A DNA stretch of 64,000 nt, taken from the NCBI GenBank assembly GCA_036961295.1, contig JBALVX010000001.1, positions 25,114 to 89,113 of the forward strand, read 5' to 3'. This document shows positions 59,938 through 64,000 of the stretch, piece by piece. Every line of letters starts with the position of its first letter. Position 1 is the first letter of the stretch. Source of the stretch: Porticoccaceae bacterium (GTDB lineage: Bacteria; Pseudomonadota; Gammaproteobacteria; Pseudomonadales; Porticoccaceae). Under the pieces are notes generated by a model, which saw nothing but the letters and a program-made list of their open reading frames with translations, was not told the DNA's origin and made no database searches. The position numbers and the translations under genes were made by a program.

Positions 59938-60840
59938 TTGTTTTTGTTTCGATCTAAATACGAAGCCCTGGCGCAGGTGTATTTGGCGGAGGATGAAGAC
60001 AGTGGTGAACAAGTTGTACTGAAAACGCCGTCAATTAATTTCGAGGACGACCCGGTATTTCTCGATATGTTTATGCACGAGGAATGGGTTGGTACCCGGC
60101 TCGACAATAACCACGTATTGCGTGTGATCGGGCAAAACCGGCCGCGAAATTTTCTCTATTACGTGGCCGAATACATTGATGGTCAAACCCTGCGCAGTTG
60201 GATGAATGATAACCCTGAGCCCGATTTGACGGAAGTAAGGCAGATTTCTGGGCAGATTGCACGAGGCTTAATGGCTTTCCATAATATGGACATGATTCAT
60301 CAGGACTTGAAGCCGGAAAACGTGATGATCGACGATCACGGCACGGTTAAAATTATCGATTTTGGGTCTACTAAAATCGCAGGTATAGAAGAAATAGCTT
60401 CTCCTTTACAAAGACTCACCTTGCTCGGCACTAAAAATTATACGGCGCCTGAATATTTGCTGGGTTATTCCTGTTCCACGTACTCCGATATTTTTTCCTT
60501 AGGCGTTATCGTGTATGAAATGATGACCGGGAATTTACCTTATGGTGAAAAATACGACGAAGGCTCTGTACAAAGAATGGGCTACATTTCAGCACGCCGC
60601 TGGCTGCCGGAATTACCGATGTGGGTTGATGGTGCTTTAGAGAAAGAAGTGAAGAAAAATACCGAGCGGCGCTATGGGGAATTGTCGGAGTTTATTTACG
60701 ATCTGGATAATCCCAATGATGCATTTTTGATTGGGCAGTCTCAGCCTTTGCTGGCTCGAAATCCTCTGGCTTTTTGGCGGGGCTTGGCTTTGTTAAGCTT
60801 TGTTGCAAATGTACTGTTAGCGATATTTTTTTATTGGTGA
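59938..60840 (+). CDS. Hanks-type Ser/Thr protein kinase domain, N-terminally truncated relative to its family
   Basis: TTG-start ORF with an in-frame TGA 8 codons upstream. VVLKTP, HQDLKPEN, DFG, APE and a C-terminal TM helix are present. There is no glycine-loop strand and no N-terminal partner domain. Confidence 0.6.
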   Translation: MFLFRSKYEALAQVYLAEDEDSGEQVVLKTPSINFEDDPVFLDMFMHEEWVGTRLDNNHVLRVIGQNRPRNFLYYVAEYIDGQTLRSWMNDNPEPDLTEVRQISGQIARGLMAFHNMDMIHQDLKPENVMIDDHGTVKIIDFGSTKIAGIEEIASPLQRLTLLGTKNYTAPEYLLGYSCSTYSDIFSLGVIVYEMMTGNLPYGEKYDEGSVQRMGYISARRWLPELPMWVDGALEKEVKKNTERRYGELSEFIYDLDNPNDAFLIGQSQPLLARNPLAFWRGLALLSFVANVLLAIFFYW

Positions 60841-60951
60841 TGCTGTTTGGTCTCTATCGTCAACACAATCTTTGTGCATAAATTTTGTGTGTGCTGTGCT
60901 AAATTGGTTTAAGCCATTTTTTGATCGAATGTTAGATAGGTATCAACCACC

Positions 60952-62232
60952 ATGACCCAGAAAGCTCCGCTCAAGCTAAGCGTAGAAACCATTCGCCAGA
61001 ATTTGATTGATGGCCTTACGATATTTGTTGAAGGGGGCTGCGGTCAGCCGGATGCGGTGCTCGATCTGATCTCCCAGGCGAAACTCACTCAGCAGCTACG
61101 TATTATTGATAGCTCCGTGCCTACCATGCAGGCTTTGGACGTGAATCGAATTTCTACTGGCGCGATACTGAACAGTGGGTTTTTTCTCGGAGACTACCGG
61201 GCTTTACACGAGGCGGGCCGATTCGAATTTACGCCAGCCTTTCATTCCGCACGGTATCGCGCGATGGAAGAGGCATACGATATATCCATTGCTCTGATCA
61301 AGGTGTCATTGCCAGATGCAGCAGGTTTTTGCAGCGTCGGCCTACATGGAGACTATTCCGCCGCGATGTTGGCTCGGGCCACGCTCGTCATCGCCGAAAT
61401 TAACGCGCATATGCCCTATATTGCTGATGCTCCCAAGGTTGCGCTCAGCGACATTGATTACGTGGTGGAAGGTGATGGTGAACTGCTGGAGTACGCAGTG
61501 GCGGAAGGTTCCGAAACGGACTTGTTGATTGCTGAACATATTGCTGGCCTGGTTGAAGACGGCGATTGTTTGCAGCTAGGTATTGGTTCGCTCCCCGTGT
61601 CTATTATGAAAAAGCTGGGCGGGAAACAACATCTGGGCGTGCATACTGGCTTGCTTACCGAGGCCTTTATGCCACTGGTTGAAGGCGGTGTGGTCGATGG
61701 TAGTCGGAAGTCCCAGGACAAGGGAAAAATTACCGCCGGGGTCATCGCGGGTAACCGGGAGTTTTACCGTTGGTGCGAGAGCTGTCCAGACTTGCAAATA
61801 CGTCCGGTGAGCTATACACACGATGCCGGTGTGCTCGCGCAGATAGATAATTTGGTAGCGATTAATACCACGTTGGAAATTGATTTGTTTGGCCAGTTTA
61901 ATAGCGAAACCATTCGCGGCAAGCAAATTGGCGGAGGCGGTGGCTTGATCGATTTTTTGCGCGGGGCACAGTCGAGTAAAGGCGGGCGCAGTATTCTGGC
62001 ACTACAGGCGACCGCGAAACGAGGTGCGATTTCCAAAATTGTGCCTATTCTCAATATTGCCCCAGTGACCGGTATGCGTAGTGATATTGATTACGTGGTT
62101 ACTGAATACGGTATCGCGCGACTAGCAAATCTGTCGCTTGAAAAACGCGCGGAAGCATTGATTGATATTGCCCATCCGGATTTTCGCGTGGGTCTTACTC
62201 AACAGTGGGCCGAGTTGCTGTCAAAGTTCTAA
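60952..62232 (+). CDS. acetyl-CoA hydrolase/transferase family protein
   Basis: 426 aa. Typical 4-hydroxybutyrate CoA-transferase-like layout (...GGGGLIDF...). Confidence 0.8.
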   Translation: MTQKAPLKLSVETIRQNLIDGLTIFVEGGCGQPDAVLDLISQAKLTQQLRIIDSSVPTMQALDVNRISTGAILNSGFFLGDYRALHEAGRFEFTPAFHSARYRAMEEAYDISIALIKVSLPDAAGFCSVGLHGDYSAAMLARATLVIAEINAHMPYIADAPKVALSDIDYVVEGDGELLEYAVAEGSETDLLIAEHIAGLVEDGDCLQLGIGSLPVSIMKKLGGKQHLGVHTGLLTEAFMPLVEGGVVDGSRKSQDKGKITAGVIAGNREFYRWCESCPDLQIRPVSYTHDAGVLAQIDNLVAINTTLEIDLFGQFNSETIRGKQIGGGGGLIDFLRGAQSSKGGRSILALQATAKRGAISKIVPILNIAPVTGMRSDIDYVVTEYGIARLANLSLEKRAEALIDIAHPDFRVGLTQQWAELLSKF

Positions 62233-62768
62233 GGTTTAAGCCCGTTTGGATAATAATAACAGCCCATTGGGCTCTACTTTTAAGCGGTGGGGCGAGATCG
62301 GGCGGGGTCCGTATTTCGGGATTAGTTTTGGAGCTATATATGCTATATCCTTTGCTATAATCAGAAGCTAACTGATAAGTCGCAAGTAGAAATAACACCT
62401 TTGACTTCAGTTAATTCATAGCGTTGGGCACCAGAATGATCTGGTCGCCAAAGGAAGTTAGTAAAACCTAAGTCAATTTCACCTAAGTCAGTAAAATCCC
62501 GGCCAACAAAACCTGAGTTAACTAAAGGGCTTAGTAGATCGATTTGGATGAGGCGCGGACGTATTGCGGTCTATGTATCGCTACAATAATGCCAGATATG
62601 GTTAGCAATGTCTCCGTTTTTGTAGGGCTTAGCTTTGCTATACTAATCTCTGACCGATCGTTTTTGATAGGCGGTAGGGGGTGGAAGTTAGATATGTCTT
62701 AGCTTGCCATTCAAATACTAATGGGGCCAGTATCGAGTGGTTATCTTGTTTAGTGGAAGGCATAAGAT

Positions 62769-64000
62769 ATGAAAACACGGTTCAGCCGTAGACCCCTACA
62801 GACTATTTTATTGCGCCGCTGGGTGCCGTTATTATCGATTGTAATCCCAGCTCTGGTGTTCTTGTTGTGGGCTGTAGTGCACTATTTTATTTTACACGAA
62901 CGCCGGATCGATGATATTAAAGCCAGATGGCAAAACACTTTTTTACTGGGTGATGCTTTCTTAGAGCAATCGAAGGTTGAGCCCGATGTGGAGTACTTTA
63001 GGGGGATACTCCAAACTTTCTCTAATATTCCTACCTTAGAAGTGCTGGCGGTGATCACGCCAGATAATCGTGTGTTATTCAGCATCGATAATGGCGAGTT
63101 TAGTAGTAAGCCGGCACCGATCTTTGATGACATCATCCTTAATGACATTGTGTTGGACGAAATTCGCGGCGGCAAAGTTGCTTGGTTTGTCGATCACAGT
63201 GACTGGTTTATTGCTTATCACCCTATTCAAATTAAATCGGATGCAGTTCGTATTCCAGCGGGATATCTGATTTTTGTCGCTTACAGCCATTTAAAAATCC
63301 ACGACGAGCTTTTGTCTCTTACCTTGAAGGACACTGTCTGGCCATTGTTAATAATATTGTTCCTAACTTTATTTATTTCGATGTTTATCCGCCGTTTTAT
63401 CAATTTACCGTTACAGGAACTATTCGTAGCGATGGAAGGATTTTCACGCGGGGAGCGGGTTTTGTGCGACCTAAAAGGCAAGGGTGAATTTGGCCTTATT
63501 GCAGGAGTATATAACCGGAGTGCGTCGCGAGCGTTAAATTTGATGGACGATTTTCGCGACCGTGAGCAGTATCTCGAGCGTATCTTCGAGTCAGTTGCGG
63601 ATGGCATTATTATCACCGACGCCTACGCCCGTATAACCCGTATAACGTCAGCTGCCGAGAGCATTATTGCCCGTAATCGCGATGAGGTGGTAGGGCTTCC
63701 CCTGGACGAAGTTTTCCGGCCCGTTAGCAGTAAAGATAACATCAGTATCGAAAACGCCGGTTTGATGGCGCTTGAAAGTGGGCAAAGCGTCGGGCTGACC
63801 AATGGGCACATTCTTATCAACGCAAATGGTCAGGAGCGTCATATTGTTCAGACAGCGGCACCCCTTTTTGATCTTCAGGGTCATAAAGAGGGGGTGGTTC
63901 TGATATTCCGAGATATCACCGCTATTTCTTATGCTCGTATGGAACAGCGTATCGGCGCAGTTGCCTTTGAGAGTGCGCAACCGATTATTATCGCTAGTGC
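62769..64000 (+). CDS. membrane sensor protein with periplasmic domain, HAMP and PAS domains (3' end outside window)
   Basis: ATG 62769. The frame is open to the window end and is absent from the ORF track because it has no stop. Two TM helices, a HAMP-like linker and PAS (IFESVADGIIITD...VGLPLDEVF). Confidence 0.75.
   Translation, partial: MKTRFSRRPLQTILLRRWVPLLSIVIPALVFLLWAVVHYFILHERRIDDIKARWQNTFLLGDAFLEQSKVEPDVEYFRGILQTFSNIPTLEVLAVITPDNRVLFSIDNGEFSSKPAPIFDDIILNDIVLDEIRGGKVAWFVDHSDWFIAYHPIQIKSDAVRIPAGYLIFVAYSHLKIHDELLSLTLKDTVWPLLIILFLTLFISMFIRRFINLPLQELFVAMEGFSRGERVLCDLKGKGEFGLIAGVYNRSASRALNLMDDFRDREQYLERIFESVADGIIITDAYARITRITSAAESIIARNRDEVVGLPLDEVFRPVSSKDNISIENAGLMALESGQSVGLTNGHILINANGQERHIVQTAAPLFDLQGHKEGVVLIFRDITAISYARMEQRIGAVAFESAQPIIIAS

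Noticed and set aside
62233-62768. 536-bp gap with the short repeats acctaagtca x2 / acctgagtta, and ORF 62195..62398 (-).
   Set aside because: The repeats are too short and too few to be meaningful, no RNA family is recognisable by eye, and the ORF overlaps the CoA-transferase 3' end. It is probably the promoter/leader of the sensor gene.
62882-63980. Several 65-111-aa minus-strand ORFs at the right end of the window.
   Set aside because: All lie antisense to a long open plus-strand frame (62769 to the window end) with clear TM-HAMP-PAS organisation.

Overview
The gene order indicates a gammaproteobacterial chromosome segment. Its backbone is the conserved yhbY / rlmE-ftsH-folP-glmM-tpiA-secG-tRNA-Leu(GAG) ... 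tRNA-fMet-rimP-nusA-infB-rbfA-truB-rpsO-pnp block (about 5.3-29.2 kb). Three accessory insertions stand out.

(1) nt 1-5278 is a compositionally mosaic run of small, unrelated, same-strand genes: DUF1722, DUF1003, cupin, a Baeyer-Villiger monooxygenase, a decayed higB with an intact higA, and tiny membrane ORFs. At least three elements punctuating it have the box architecture of integron attC sites, so this looks like the distal end of an integron cassette array or a CALIN.

(2) nt 12440-19323 is a 6.9-kb integrative island in the 3' end of tRNA-Leu. It has perfect 43-bp att repeats, a P4-type integrase, AlpA, arm-type repeats, an iteron cluster, and a three-gene translationally coupled operon of unknown function next to attR. 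That operon is the best candidate here for an undescribed defence or addiction system.

(3) About nt 59480-59935 is an AT-rich segment carrying an SMR efflux gene, placed against an N-terminally truncated Ser/Thr kinase.

The right half (29-64 kb) is catabolic and envelope DNA:
- BASS transporter, amidase, a second BVMO, FadH
- a DUF4105/DUF3015 pair, cardiolipin synthase, a TonB-dependent receptor
- an atu/liu-like acyl-CoA carboxylase cluster
- a XylB/XylM/XylA-like alcohol dehydrogenase, membrane di-iron hydroxylase and reductase trio
- a CoA-transferase and a partial HAMP-PAS sensor

A recurring oddity is short AT-rich tandem repeat arrays (14-16 bp units, 3-7 copies). At least six sit immediately upstream of gene starts. 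No rRNA, CRISPR array or transposase was seen. All family assignments come from motif recognition by eye, not database searches.
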